A stretch of DNA of 64,000 bases, taken from Macrostomum lignano. Taxonomy: Eukaryota. The notes beneath the pieces were generated by a model. The model made no database searches, had not been told where the DNA came from, and saw nothing but the letters and a program-made list of their open reading frames with translations. The stretch is taken from assembly GCA_002269645.1 (NCBI GenBank), contig NIVC01000386.1:186001-250000 (forward strand), written 5' to 3'. Numbering within the stretch: the first letter of the stretch is position 1; each line of letters opens with the position of its first letter. Positions 13,086 to 25,770 of the stretch are shown here, piece after piece. Both the position numbers and the translations under genes were made by a program.

Positions 13086-14821
13086 ATTCTTTGGGGTCGG
13101 TATTTTGCGACTTGCCCTTGGTCCACCACAATTTACAGTGGCCAGATTGGTCAGGTCGGCCAGCAGTTGCGCATGTATATTTAGCATTATTAACATTGTC
13201 ATTATCCTAGTATATATGACATAGTAGAAAGAAACATTGTGTTAGTGACACTTTTTAAGTTCTGCATACCAACAGAGTCTTGTAGTTTTTTGGCATTAGA
13301 CCTAGCATATACTAAAATAACTAAATAAACATAATCCTATGTCCCCAATAAGCTCTTGTCTGACTCTTTTTCATTTGTAGCATTATTTTGTGATCTGGTT
13401 GTCATCTTGTATATAAGATATAAGATAAAAATAATCCTATATGTTTTTTTAGTTATTTTAGTATATGCTAGGTCTATATATAGGCCTATATATCAATATT
13501 ATTTGTTTTGTTTTTTTGTGACTACTAGGGGGCTATTTATACAAGCATATGTTGAAGTATCAATGTTTTAGGCAATTTAGCAACATTTGAATTTGTTGCA
13601 AAAATTAGTAGAGTAATGTAATAATGGTAATATTGCTATATGAGATAGGCCTTATTTAGCATTGCTCATTTTCTTAGAAAGTATTGTATTTGAAACTAGG
13701 CTATTTTTGTTTATATGAGTTATGAGTATAATATCAGTAATATTATAAATATTATAAATATTATAAAATTTTATTTGTTTAAAACTGAATGAAGAAAAAG
13801 GTATAAATACACAAGCAGAACCAGAAAGAAACCAACTTGTCTGCTGCTTGTTTCAAGCTTGAAATTGTTCTAGTATCTTAAAATTGAAGCATTGTTCAAT
13901 ACTTACTGACTTAGTTATTTAGGTAAAAGCATTAAGAAGCCCCAAAATTGGGAGAGTTCAAACCATTCTCAGAAGAATGAGAAATCTAGATTAGAATCTG
14001 AGAAACCACTTTTAAAAGGCAGGAATTCTACCACGGGGTAGAGAAGTCTAGACTCAGAGTCTAAGAAACCCACCTTAGGGCAGAATACCCAGCAAGAAAG
14101 CTGTGACCCTCTGATCCTGGGAATGCCTAGGACTAAGAGAATAATATCTTTAGAAGGGTATAGGAATAGGATAGACAATTCCTAAAGATTGCTCAGGCCA
14201 AAAAGTACAATATAAGTACATACGCTACCAATAGAAGAACATGCGCTACCACTCCCTACTAGTAATAACCAGTAAGATCAGTAAGAAGAATTAACCCCTG
14301 TTATAACTTTGGTGACAGGATATTCAATAATAGGAAATAGAAGAATATCCCTGTGACAACTTTGGTAGCATTAGTAGGATTTCTAAAGAGAGCTAAAAGG
14401 CCTATAACAACTTTGGTGATTCAGTGGTGAGATTCCATATCGTACAAGAACACCGCAGTTATATATTACTTGGCATTATAGGCTAGGTTGTGGATCGTGT
14501 ATAGTGTACACCAGAACAAGAATTGTAGCTCATCTAAATGTATGCCAGTAATTTTCCTTAAAATGTACACTAAAAATTCCTCTTAAAATGGTCATTCAGT
14601 TTGTATGAGTAGAGTTTTCTAAGAAAGGCTTTTGTACAAAAAGTTATGTTACTTGTGTATATTAATAGTGTATGCCAACAAAGTGTACCAAGGGTTGTGT
14701 ATACCAAGGACTTAGGGTTGCCATTTTGTATGCCAGAAAGGTTCTGGCATATATGCATACCATCTACAACTTGGATTATAGGTAAAAAGCATATATATCC
14801 TATAAAAGCATTAGTGTACAA

Positions 14822-15350
14822 TAGGGATCGACAACCTTTTTCTACTTGAAGGCCAGATAAGATTTTCAGTTCAAGACCATAGGCCACAGTAGGTTGCCCC
14901 CCCTCAATTACTCCACCCCCCTCAATTACTCCATCTCCCTCATTGGGTCTTTACCCTCTAGAATCTGCCCCCTGGGTCTTTAATACATTACCATATGTGT
15001 ACCCCCCTATTGTTGGCCTGTCACCATCTCACTTTCCTTTACCACCAGTTCCCCTATTTCCATTCTATTCAAAAGTTTTTTGAACTGATGTGTTATCTAG
15101 TCTAGACTCTGTAAACAGCCCACTTACATTCTGTTTGTGTCTCAATACTAATTTGTTATTAAAGTTGGCAATTGAGGAAAGAAATTCCACATTTTTAGTA
15201 CATTTTTAGTATTTTTTGTGAAAGAAACAATGCAGTTACAATAAAGGTGCAGGCTAGATTATAATAATGAAGATAAAAGAAGCTTGCAGGCTGCATAATA
15301 AGTCTTTGTGGGCCAGATCTGGCCTGCAGGCCAGAGGTTGCTGACCCCTA
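14822..15350. mobile_element. Old non-autonomous hAT (Charlie/MER58-like) element
   Basis: Ends TAGGGATCGACAACC ... GGTTGCTGACCCCTA. Degenerate 8-bp TSD GTGTACAA/GTATATAA. GGCCAGATCTGGCCTGCAGGCC subterminal block. Confidence 0.7.
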
Positions 15351-16720
15351 GTATATAAGTAGCAATAAGTTGAAAGATAAGGTATATTTGAATAAGATCA
15401 AGATTGATTCTAGACAGATTAGCAAATTCTGTTTTATATAGTCTGACTTTTAGTTTAAAACTAAGCAATTAATCCTAGTTATAACCATGCTTAGGTGCAA
15501 CCTAGAGATTCACTAATCACCAAGCCATTTCTATTAGTAATATACATATATATATGTATATATACTAATAGAATATCCAAGTTGTATCCAAGTTATATCC
15601 AAGTTGCTATTGGATAGAATAGTAGTCATAGGAATGCTCTTAGCCAATAGAAACTTACATATATTGACATACGCTCATGCAATAGTCTATGGCTGCTGCG
15701 CCTAAATGCCACCTCTCTCATCCCTTCCTAATATATAAGTGTCCTAGCTTCATAATCTTGTTACAAGCCCCGCTAGCATTAACAGTAGGAATACCAAGCC
15801 ATTTTTCCGCCCGTTGAACTACCAAGAGGGGGGGGAATTTCCCCCCCCTGACAATTTTTTTTGCTGCGCCGGAATGGAGCAACGCAGACACACAAAATTC
15901 AAGAACATGTGCTAACTTTTTGTTGCGCACCTTCTCAAACAAGAATCAAGTCGCCAGCCATCCGGACCGTCGAGATATTCGACGATTCTGCCAGAAGGTC
16001 GGATTTTTCCCATAAGCGCTAGTGTATTCAGTACACCCCTGTGCGCCAATCAGCACTGCGCCTCAGCGCAGCGTTGCAATGCCTCCAAATTTCATCAGCA
16101 CGTCGACCACATGTGTCTGCATCAGCTCTGACTTCGTTGGTCACTAGCCTTCACCCAGGCGGAGCTTCTGGACCTTCAACAGGTGGCACCAAGTGACTAT
16201 GGACACTCTGATACGAATTTCTCGAGTTTCGCTGATCAAGCCTCGACAGTGGGCATACCTCAACTGCTAGGTATCCTCAGCTAGTCTCTCGAGCCTTCCA
16301 TCATCACCCCGACGCCGTCGGCACCTTCAACGGATTACACCAGGTGACTATGAACACCCTGATGCAAATTTCTATGGACAGCCTGATAATAATTTCTCTA
16401 ATTTCGCTGATCAAGCCTCGATGGTGGGCAAAAATCAACTGCTGGACATCCTCAGCTAGTCAGTCAAGCATTCCGTCATCACCCCGACGCCGTCGGCACC
16501 TTCAACAGGTGGCACCAGGGGAGTAATGACACGTGAGCGTGATTTTTCATCATGCTCTTAACATTTCTGAATCATTAAAAAATGAAAAAAACCGACTGAA
16601 TTTACTGGCTTTTTAAAAGCATAACCCTTTCTGCATTGGGTTCAATATTATAGCTGAATAAACTAAACAGCTTTTCGAATAAAATATGTATGTAGCTCGT
16701 ATGCATAAAAGTATGTGTAA

Positions 16721-18719
16721 TCTTCTTCTACCTATAAAAGTCAAAACTCTGTCTGTGTGTGGACAATTTTGATCGCTATGGACTCCCAAACCGCTCAACC
16801 AAATGACACCAAATTTTACACCCACCCTAAACTCACTACGGAGAATGTCTTAGGCTACCTTTTAATTTCCTAAATTTGAGTCTTCCTACCTAAAAGTGCA
16901 AAAAAACTGCTCAAAATGCGCAATTTTTTCACTAAATCCTCCATAGCGCCGCTCCACTTCTACCGATTCTCTTCAAATTTGACACAGACAATTTTCAACT
17001 ATTTTGGCACAATCATGTAAAATTTCGAATCGCAAAGTTAATCCTGAACGGCGCTGTGCACTTTTAAAGTTAGGCTGTTTTTTTCAGCGAGCAGCCACCC
17101 CAACCTCCGCCCGCCTGCCTCTCCCGATCTGGGCAAAGGGTGTGAGTAGGTTTTAAAATGCCTAACTTTCGGCTGCCATAGTTTTGCTTCACGTGAAGCG
17201 ATTGACTTCAAATTTGACACAATTCTTTATTGACTCATTCTCTGCCTACATGTAAAGTCTCAACTCTGTATCTCAATCAGGACAGAAACTGTAAGCATGT
17301 GAATTTTGTCTGCTTTTTCTGTTGTTTGTGCCTCTCACTCGCTCATTCCCCCAGAGCCAGACGAAGGGTCAGGCGATAGGACTGAATGTAGATAGCAAAT
17401 GTACAGTGTTTTGGAATAACTTTATTTATAGCCTTCTCTGCACCCCGAGAGTGGAGAGGCTACGTTTAGCCATGACGGTTTAGTGAGAAATTCTAACCAC
17501 TGCCCTCCCCTCTGTATTGGCAAACTCTGCAGCAGTTTAACACTGGATGGCAATTGGCAAATCGAGGGAATCCAGCATGGTTTGTAAAAGCGAAAGATTT
17601 ATGAAAAGGCGATGCGATGCAATGAAATACAACCCTACTAAATTAGGCACACCATTGAAATTTTAAGTTTCTCTTAAAAGTACTTTGAAATTTAAATGGC
17701 CTAAGAAATGCATATTTCATTGGTTGTTAGACTGATGCAGACTGCAGTGGAGCTGAAGATACACAAATTCCTTTCAGGGCTGCAAATTGGCAAGAAAGAT
17801 GACGTGATCAAAGCATGAGAATAACGATGAGAGTAGTACGTCCCACAAACTGGCTTTCGAAGCAGGGATCGGCAGACTTTTACTTCAAAAGCCAGATAAA
17901 GAATCCAGCTTATGTGCGGGCCAGATGAGAGTGGAAAGGAAGGAATATACTATTAGAAGAGAGGAGAGGCGAGACGGGGATAAGAGAAAACATGGAAGAT
18001 AAGAGGAGAGACAAGTGGTGAGGAGAGAGCAGAGAAGAAGGAAGAAGCGAGAGGAGGGGAGAAAGGAGGGAGAGGAAAGAGTAAAGGTGAGAAGAGGGGA
18101 GAGATGAGACAGAGGATCGATGAGAGGAGAGTAGAGAAGAGTGAGAAGAGAGTAGAGATGAGAGAGCAGAAAGAAGATGACAGAGGGTCAAGAGGAGAGG
18201 AGAGAGTAGAAAGGATAGAGAAGAGAGGAGATAAGAGGGGGAGAGAGGAGTGAGAAGAGAAGAGATAGAGATAAGAGAGGGGTGTAAGAAGAGGGGAGAA
18301 AGGAGAGATGAGATTGTAGAGATGAGACAAATGAAATGAGAGATGAGAGAGTAAAGATGAGAGATGAAAAAGGTGAGAGGAGAGTGCAGAGAGACGAGAG
18401 AAGATATTAGAGGAGAGAGAGAGTATAGAAGAGGGAAGAGAAAAGAAGAGAGGAGTAAGGAAAGAGAGGAGTCAGAAGAGGTGAAAGAGAAGAGTACAGA
18501 GGAGATAAGTGAGAGAACGTATTAGAGAGTAAAGATGACAGATGAGAGAGCAGAGATGAGGGTGAACAGACGAGAGATGGGAGAGTAGAGAGAACAGAGG
18601 AGAGATAAGAGAGAAGAGATTACAGAGACTAGAGGAGAGAGGAGAGACAGGGAGAGAAGAGGAAATAGGAGAATGAAGAAGGGAGAGAGTAGAGAGGAGA
18701 AGAGAGATGGGAGAGGAGA

Positions 18720-18809
<90 letters not shown>

Positions 18810-19261
18810 GAGCAGAGAGAAACGAGAAGAGATAAGAGAGAAAAGATAAAAGAAGAGAAAGGAGAAATAAAAACGCAGACAAGAGAGAAGAGAGGTGAGG
18901 GAAGAGACGAGCGACGAGGGGAGAGAGAAGAGATAAAACAAGAAAAGAAATGAGAGGAGAGAGAGGAAAGAGGTGAGAGAAGAGACGAGAGAAGAGGGGA
19001 GAGAGGAGAGAGAGGAGAAGAGAGAAAACGAAAAAGTAGAGACTAGAGAGGAGAGAGGAGAGGAGAGAGAAAAGAAAAGGGAAGAGATGAGATAAGAGAT
19101 ATGAAAGAGAAGAGAGATGAGGGAAGATACGAAAGAAGATAGGAGAGAGGAGAGGAGAGAGGAGAGACAAAGGTAGAGAAGTGAGTGAGGAGAGAGGAGA
19201 GGAAAGAGGAGAATGGAGAGGGTAGAGAGTAGAGAGAGGAGGAGAGATAAGAGAGAAAAAC

Positions 19262-19326
<65 letters not shown>

Positions 19327-20088
19327 AGAGATAAGAGAGAGAGACAGAGAAGAGAGAGAGAGAGAGAGAGATAGAGAGAGAGAGAAGGGGGAGCAGAGAG
19401 AAATGAGAAGAGATAAGAGAGAAAAGATAAAAGATGAGAAAGGAAAGATGAGAGAGCAAAGACGAGAGAGAGAAAAGAGGTGAGGGAAGAGACGAGAGAA
19501 GAGGGGAGAGATGAGAGATTAGAGGAGAGAGTTAAGAGAAGAGAGAAAAGAATAGAAAGGAGAAGGAAGATCAGAGAGAAGAGGGGGTGAGAGGAGAGAG
19601 GAGAGGGGAGAGAGGAGAGAGGAGAGAGAAAACTAAAAAGTAGAGAGGAGAGAGGAGAGGAGAGAGAAAAGAAGAGACAAGAGATGAGATAAGAGAGATG
19701 AAAGAGAAGAGAGATGAGGGAAGATACGAGAGAAGAGGGGAGAGAGGAGAGAGGAGAGACGAGGGACGAGAGAGATGAGAGGAAACAAAGAGACGATAGA
19801 AAATTTAAAGCATCCAAGGGACGTAGGGAGAGTCAGGGAGAGACCAGAGTTTAGCAATATATGTTTTAGAGTCAGACAGACATTGCCTGACATTCTGCGC
19901 AGTACCCCAGCCAACAATGTCTCAAACCCTAATTTTACACGAATGTGCTCCATTTTATGTCTACCTCTATCCTACTAACTATTAACAAGTTTTTGTTTGT
20001 GTATGGCCTTAGATTTCAGAATACATGCAAAAATAGTTCCGGGGATTGGAATTCCCCGGGTTCAAAATCCGCGGGTTTCAACAGCTTG
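16721..20088 (+). mobile_element. Non-autonomous Helitron-like element, copy 1
   Basis: A|TC 5' end followed by TCTACCTATAAAA..TGTCTGT. 3' hairpin CCGGGGA-TTGGAAT-TCCCCGG and a CAGCTTG end. Homologous to copy 2. Confidence 0.8.
17950..19830. repeat. Polypurine (GA-rich) low-complexity tract with (GA)n runs
   Basis: Almost exclusively A/G on the + strand. Confidence 0.95.
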
Positions 20089-21022
20089 TCTCTACCTATA
20101 AAAATCAAAACTCTGTCTGTCTGTGGACAAATTACTTCGCTATGGACTCCCAAACCGCTCAACCAAATTACACCAAACTTTACACCCACCCTAAACTTAC
20201 TACGGAGAATGTCTTAGGCTACCTTAAAATTTCCTAAATTTGAGTCTTCCCACCTAAAAGTGCAAAAAACTGCTCAAAATGCGCGATTTTTTCACTAAAT
20301 CCTCCATAGCGCCGCTCCACTTCTACCGATTCTCTTCAAATTTGACACAGGAAATTTTCAACTATTTTGACACAATCGTGTAAAATTTCAAATCTCAAAG
20401 TTAATCCTGAAAGCCGCTGTGCACTTTTAAAGTTAGGCTGTTTTTTTCAGCGAGGCAGCCACCCCAACCTCCGCCCGCCTGCCTCTCTTTCCCGATCTGG
20501 GCAAAGGGTGTGAATCAGGTTTTAAAATGCCTAACTTTCGGTTGCCATAAGTTTGCTCCACGTGAAGCGATTGACTTCTAACTTAACACAATTCTTCTTT
20601 GATTCATTCTCTGTCTAAATGTAAAGTTTCAACTCTCTAACTCAATCAGAACAGAAACTGTAAGCATGTGAAGTTTGTCTGCTTTTTCTGTTGTTTGTGC
20701 CACTCACTCACTCATTCCCCCAGAGCCAGACGAAGGGTCAGGCGATAGGGCTCAATGTACATAGCGAGTGTACAGTGTTTTGGAATAACTTTTTAATAGC
20801 CTTCTCTGTACCCGCGACTGCGATTAGAGAGGCGTGAAGAGGAGAGACAGTTTAGCGAGAGATTCAAACCACTGTCCTCTGTATAGACAAGTCTGCAGCA
20901 GTTTAACTGTGGATGGCAAATCAAGAGTCAAGACAATGGTGGGATGGTTTGTAAAAAATAGCGAAAAATAAATGAATAACAACTGATTACAATGCAATTC
21001 TACTAAATCAGTTAGTTACAGC

Positions 21023-21939
21023 TAGGGATTCCAATCCCGGGATCCCGGGATTGGGGCCAAAAATCCGGGATTTGAATCCCGGGATTTTTTTTGGGAATCG
21101 AATCCCGGGATTTTTAATCCCGGGATTGCAAAAGTCCGGGATCGGGATCCCGGGATTTCAAGGCCTTAATCCCGGGATTGGTCCGGGATTAGAACGACCT
21201 TTCAATGCCTAAATTAGATAATTTAAAGTCTAAACGTTTATTTGAATAATAAAACATTTATTTGTTTTTGCTGTTTCTCAATGAAACGTTAAACATTTGC
21301 AAAGCTCCTGTCCTAATTGAGCCAAAAATTGTTAATGTGAACTGTAAATGATAGATAATTTTAACTTTTTTTCGTTTTCCACCACGAGACGAGACTGAGG
21401 GCCTTTTCATATTGCTTGTTCTAGTTCCAGAACCAGAACCAATATGTGAAGTATAACTTTTTGTCTCCATAACTAGAGGGAGATACGTGCTATAAAGTTT
21501 TTATTATTGAATGACAATCGCCAAGAAGAAAGTGAAAAATCGTGCAAAGTGAGGCTGTTAAGGCAGTCAAATATTAACAGAGTTTAATAGTTATACTGCT
21601 GTTTTTCTTGGAATTCCGAACCGATTCTGGTTCTGGAATTGGTAATATGAAAAGGCCCTGTGACTCTGAGAGTCGCGAGACCATGACTACTGCACGCGGC
21701 ACGCCGCACAGTCCGTGCTAGGGATTCCAATCCCGGGATCCCGGGATCCCGGGATTGGGGCCAAAAATCCGGGATTTGAATCCCGGGATTTTTTTGGGAA
21801 TCGAATCCCGGGATTTTTAATCCCGGGATTGCAAAAGCACCGGGATTCCGGGATTTTGAATCCCGGGATTTCAACAGCATCGGGATTTCGGGACTATTCA
21901 ATCCCGGGATTGTAAAATGTCGGGATTTTGGAATCCCTA
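21023..21939. mobile_element. Non-autonomous hAT element inserted in Helitron copy 2
   Basis: TIR TAGGGATTCCA...TGGAATCCCTA; perfect 8-bp TSD GTTACAGC (21015-21022 and 21940-21947); many palindromic ATCCCGGGAT subterminal repeats; absent from copy 1. Confidence 0.92.
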
Positions 21940-22259
21940 GTTACAGCATGAAGCTTTCAACATTAAAATTCGCATAAGGTAACTTTAAAATTTAAATGGC
22001 TCCTAAGAAATGCGTATTTCCCTTGGTTGTTAGACTGCTGCAGAGTGCAGACTTTGGTGGTGGAGCTGGAGATACACAAATTTCTCTCAAGGGCTGCTAA
22101 TTGGCCAGAAAGATGACGTGATTAAAGGATAAGAAATGATAACAGCCATGCGAGTACTACGTCCCACAATTCCACAAACTGGCTTTTGAAGCAGGGATTG
22201 GCAGATTTTTATCTCAAAGGCCAGATAAAGAATCCAGCTCATGGCTGCGGGCTAGATGA

Positions 22260-23870
22260 GAGTGAAAAGGAAAAGGAATAGACTATTAGAAAGGGAGGAG
22301 GGGCGAGAGGGGGATAAGAGAAAAGATAGAAGATATCAGGAGAGACGAGGGGGTGAGGAGAGAGCAGAGAATATGGGAGGAAGAAGCGAGAGAAGGGGAG
22401 AGAGGAGGGAGAGGAAAGAGTAGAGGTGAGAAGAGGGAGAGAGAAGAATGGAGAGAGGAGACATGATCGATGAGATAGGAAAGTAGATAAGAGTGAGAAG
22501 AGATGAGAGATTAGAGAATAGAGAGGCAGATGAGAGAGGATCGAGAGGAGAGATTAGAAAGGATAGAGAAGAGAGGAGATAAGAGGGGGAGAGAGGAGAA
22601 GAGAGAGGAGTGAGAAGAGAGGAGATAAGAGATGAGAGAGTTGAGAAAGAAGACAGGAGAAAGGAGAGATGATAGAGTAAAAGGAAGAGGAGGAGAGAGG
22701 AAAGAGATTATATTGCAGAGATGAGGGAGATGAAAGGAAAGATGAGAGAGTAGAGATGGGAGATGAAGGAAGAGAGAGCAGAATACAGAGAGACAAGAGA
22801 AGAGAATCTCTACTCTCTCATCTTTCCTTTCATCTCCCTCATCTCTGCAATATAATCTCTTTCCTCTCTCCTCCTCTTCCTTTAACTCTATCATCTCTCC
22901 TTTCTCCTGTCTTCTTTCTCAACTCTCTCATCTCTTATCTCCTCTCTCCTCACTCCTCTCTCTTCTCCTCTCTCCCCCTCTTATCTCCTCTCTTCTCTAT
23001 AGAGGGGAGAGAGTATAGAAGAGGGAAGAGAAGAGGCGAGAAGAAAGAAGAAAGGAAAGAGAGTCCTGAGTCAAAAAATGGGAAAGAGAAGAATACAAGA
23101 GGAGAGAGGTGAGAGAACATATGAGAGTAAAAACGACAGATGACAGAAGGGAGATGAGATAGCGGAAGCGAGAGTCAACAGACGAGAGATGGGAGAGTAG
23201 AGAGAAAAGAGGAGAGATAAGAAATAAGCGATGAGAGGTGGAGACAAGGGAGAGATGAGAAGTGAGTGAGGAGAGAGGAGGGGAGGGGAGAGAATCTGAG
23301 TGAGGAGAGAGGAGGGGAGGGGAGAGAATCTGAGTGAGGAGAGAGGATGGGAGGGGAGAGAATCTGAGTGAGGAGAGAGGATGGGAGGGGAGAGAATCTG
23401 AGTGAGGAGAGAGGATGGGAGGGGAGAGAATCTGAGTGAGGAGAGAGGATGGGAGGGGAGAGAATCGAGAGGCCAGGGGAAATTGGTGTAAAGGAGAAGA
23501 TAGGAGAGGAAAGAGGGGAGAGATTAGAGAGGAGAGAGATGAGAGGAGAGAGTGGACAGAGGAGAGGAGAGAGTTGAGAGAAGAGAGGAAAAAGGAGAGA
23601 GGAGATATGATCGAAGTGTTGAGAGAGAGTACAGTAAAGAGTGAGAAGAGGGGAGAGGGAACAGAGAGTAGAGAGCAGAGAGAAGAGAGAGCAGAGAAGA
23701 GAGAGTAGAGAGCAGAAAGAAATGAGAAGAGATAAAAGAGGAGAAAGGAGATTTTTGAGATCAAAGACCAGAAAGAAGAGGAGGAGAGAGAAAAGAATAG
23801 AGGGGAGAGGGAAGAGACGAGAGAAGAGGGGAGAGAGGAGAGAGGAGAGGTGAGAGACGAGAGAGAAGAT
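22260..23870. repeat. Polypurine tract of Helitron copy 2, containing a ~195-bp inverted duplication
   Basis: GA-rich except 22806-23000, which is the reverse complement of 22563-22757. Confidence 0.92.
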
Positions 23871-24289
23871 AGGAAACAGAAGTTTCAAAGGATACAAGGG
23901 ACATGGGGAGAAGCAGAGGTAAAGGCCAGAGTTTGCCTGACATTCTGGGCAGCACCCCAGCTAATAATTTCAATATTTGCCACAAATCCTAATTTTACAT
24001 GAATGTACTCTATTTTATTTTTAGCTCTATCCTAAATTACTAACTATTAATAAGTTTTTGTTTAAGTATGACTTCCGATTGTAGAATACACGCAAAAATA
24101 GTTCCGGGGATTGGAGTTCCACGGGTTTAAAATCCGCGGGTTTCAACAGCTTGTAATAATATAAATATACAGCAACATAAGTTCAAGCATAACTATAGCA
24201 ATTTCCGTGCTTGAAAAATTTTGAGAGCTTCAGAAATGTTAAGAGCATGATTAAAAATCACGCTCAGGTGTCATTACTCCCCTGGTGCC

Positions 24290-24905
24290 ACCGGTTGAAG
24301 GTGCCGACGGCGTCGGGGTGCTGGCTGAATGCTTGACTGACTAGCTGAGGATGTCCAGCAGTTGAGGTTTGCCCATTATTGAAGCTTGATCAGAAAAACC
24401 TGACATATTTGCAATAGGATGTTCATAGTCACCTGTTGTAATCTGTTGAAGGAGCCGACGGCGTCGGGATGATGACGGAATGCTTGAGAGACTAGCTGAG
24501 GGTGTCCGGCAGTTGAGGCTTGCTCACTGTCGAGGCTTGATCAGCGAAACTAGAGAAATTTGCATCAGGGTGTTCATAGTCGCCTGGTGTCATCTGTTGA
24601 AGGTGCCGACGGCGTCGGGGTGATGACTGAATGCTTGAGAGACTAGCTGAAGATGTTCCGCGGTTGAGGCTTGCCCATTGGCAAGGCTTGATCAGCGAAA
24701 CTAGAGAAATTTGCATCAGGGTGTTCATAGTCACCTGGTGTAATCCGTTGAAGGTGCCGACGGCGTCGGGGTGATGATGGAAGGCTCGAGAGACTAGCTG
24801 AGGATACCTAGCAGTTGAGGTATGCCCACTGTCGAGGCTTGATCAGCGAAACTCGAGAAATTCGTATCAGAGTGTCCATAGTCACTTGGTGCCACCTGTT
24901 GAAGG
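24290..24905. repeat. 151-bp tandem repeat (~4 copies) inside the right foldback arm
   Basis: GCCGACGGCGTCGGG recurs at 24303, 24454, 24605 and 24756. Confidence 0.92.
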
Positions 24906-25606
24906 TCCAGAAGCTCCGCCTGGGTGAAGGCTAGTGACCAACGAAGTCAGAGCTGATGCAGACACATGTGGTCGACGTGCTGATGAAATTTGGAGGCATT
25001 GCAAGGCTGCACTGAGGCGCAGTGCTGATTGGCGCACAGGGGTGTACTGAATACACTAGCGCTTATGGGAAAAATCCGACCTTCTGGCAGAATCGTCGAA
25101 TATCTCGACGGTCCGGAGGGCTGGCGACTTGATTCTTGTTTGAGAAGGTGCGCAACAAAAAGTTAGCCCGTGTTCTTGAATTTTGTGTGTCTGCGTTGCT
25201 CCGTTCCGGCGCAGCAAAAAAATTGTCAGGGGGGGGGAATTTCCCCCCCCCCCTCTTGGTAGTTCTACTGTTAATGTGGTCCTAAAGCCAAATAAACAAG
25301 CAAAGCAAGATACGAGCTTCGTTATTCATCAAGCACTAGAGTTGCCATCTGAGCATCATATATATGTTGCCAATAGAAATGGCTAGGTGATTCCTAGGGT
25401 TGCACATGTATAGTTATAATATAGATTAAGTGAAACTTTATTATACCATCTATAGCATTATAGACCAATTCTTAAAAGACAGTTATTGCAAAATATACTA
25501 ATACTAAAGCTATTGTTAAAGTTTATCTTTTTTTTATTAAATGTTTAGTTAAATATTTTATTTGCTAAATGAAAATAAGTATGGCATAAGTAGATTGCAT
25601 ATGAGA

Positions 25607-25770
25607 AAATAGTCTAATGGTTAAAATGTTAAAAGTATGACCAAAAGGTCAAGGGTTCAATTCTTAACCTGCTTAGTGTAACTTATGTCCTTAAGCAAGA
25701 CACCTAAGTCAACATTGCTTTAGTCCACCTAGCTATAAAATGGGTATTAGCATTAGCTAGGGAAAGTATG
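25607..25770 (+). mobile_element. Degenerate tRNA-derived SINE with a CORE-like domain
   Basis: A-box-like TAGTCTAATGG and B-box-like GGTTCAATTC, followed by GTCCTTAAGCAAGACACCTAA...CTATAAAATGGG resembling the CORE-SINE block. Confidence 0.55.

Larger units (their letters stand above)
20089..24153 (+). mobile_element. Non-autonomous Helitron-like element, copy 2 (head-to-tail with copy 1)
   Basis: Junction CAGCTTG|TCTCTACCTATA at 20088/20089; ends AATCCGCGGGTTTCAACAGCTTG|T at 24153; colinear with copy 1. Confidence 0.8.
15777..25276. mobile_element. Foldback-like element with long modular inverted arms (15777-16571 and 24229-25276), interrupted by a Helitron dimer
   Basis: The arms are reverse complements over ~800 bp and differ in copy number of an internal 151-bp repeat. 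They lie only ~225 bp apart once the Helitrons are removed. Confidence 0.75.

Noticed and set aside
17910-19978. Leu/Ser-rich ORFs up to 431 aa
   Set aside because: Artefacts of the CT-rich strand of a polypurine tract; the same applies at 22511-23985.
25607-25690. tRNA gene
   Set aside because: A/B boxes are degenerate, no cloverleaf can be formed, and a CORE-like block follows; treated as a SINE relic.
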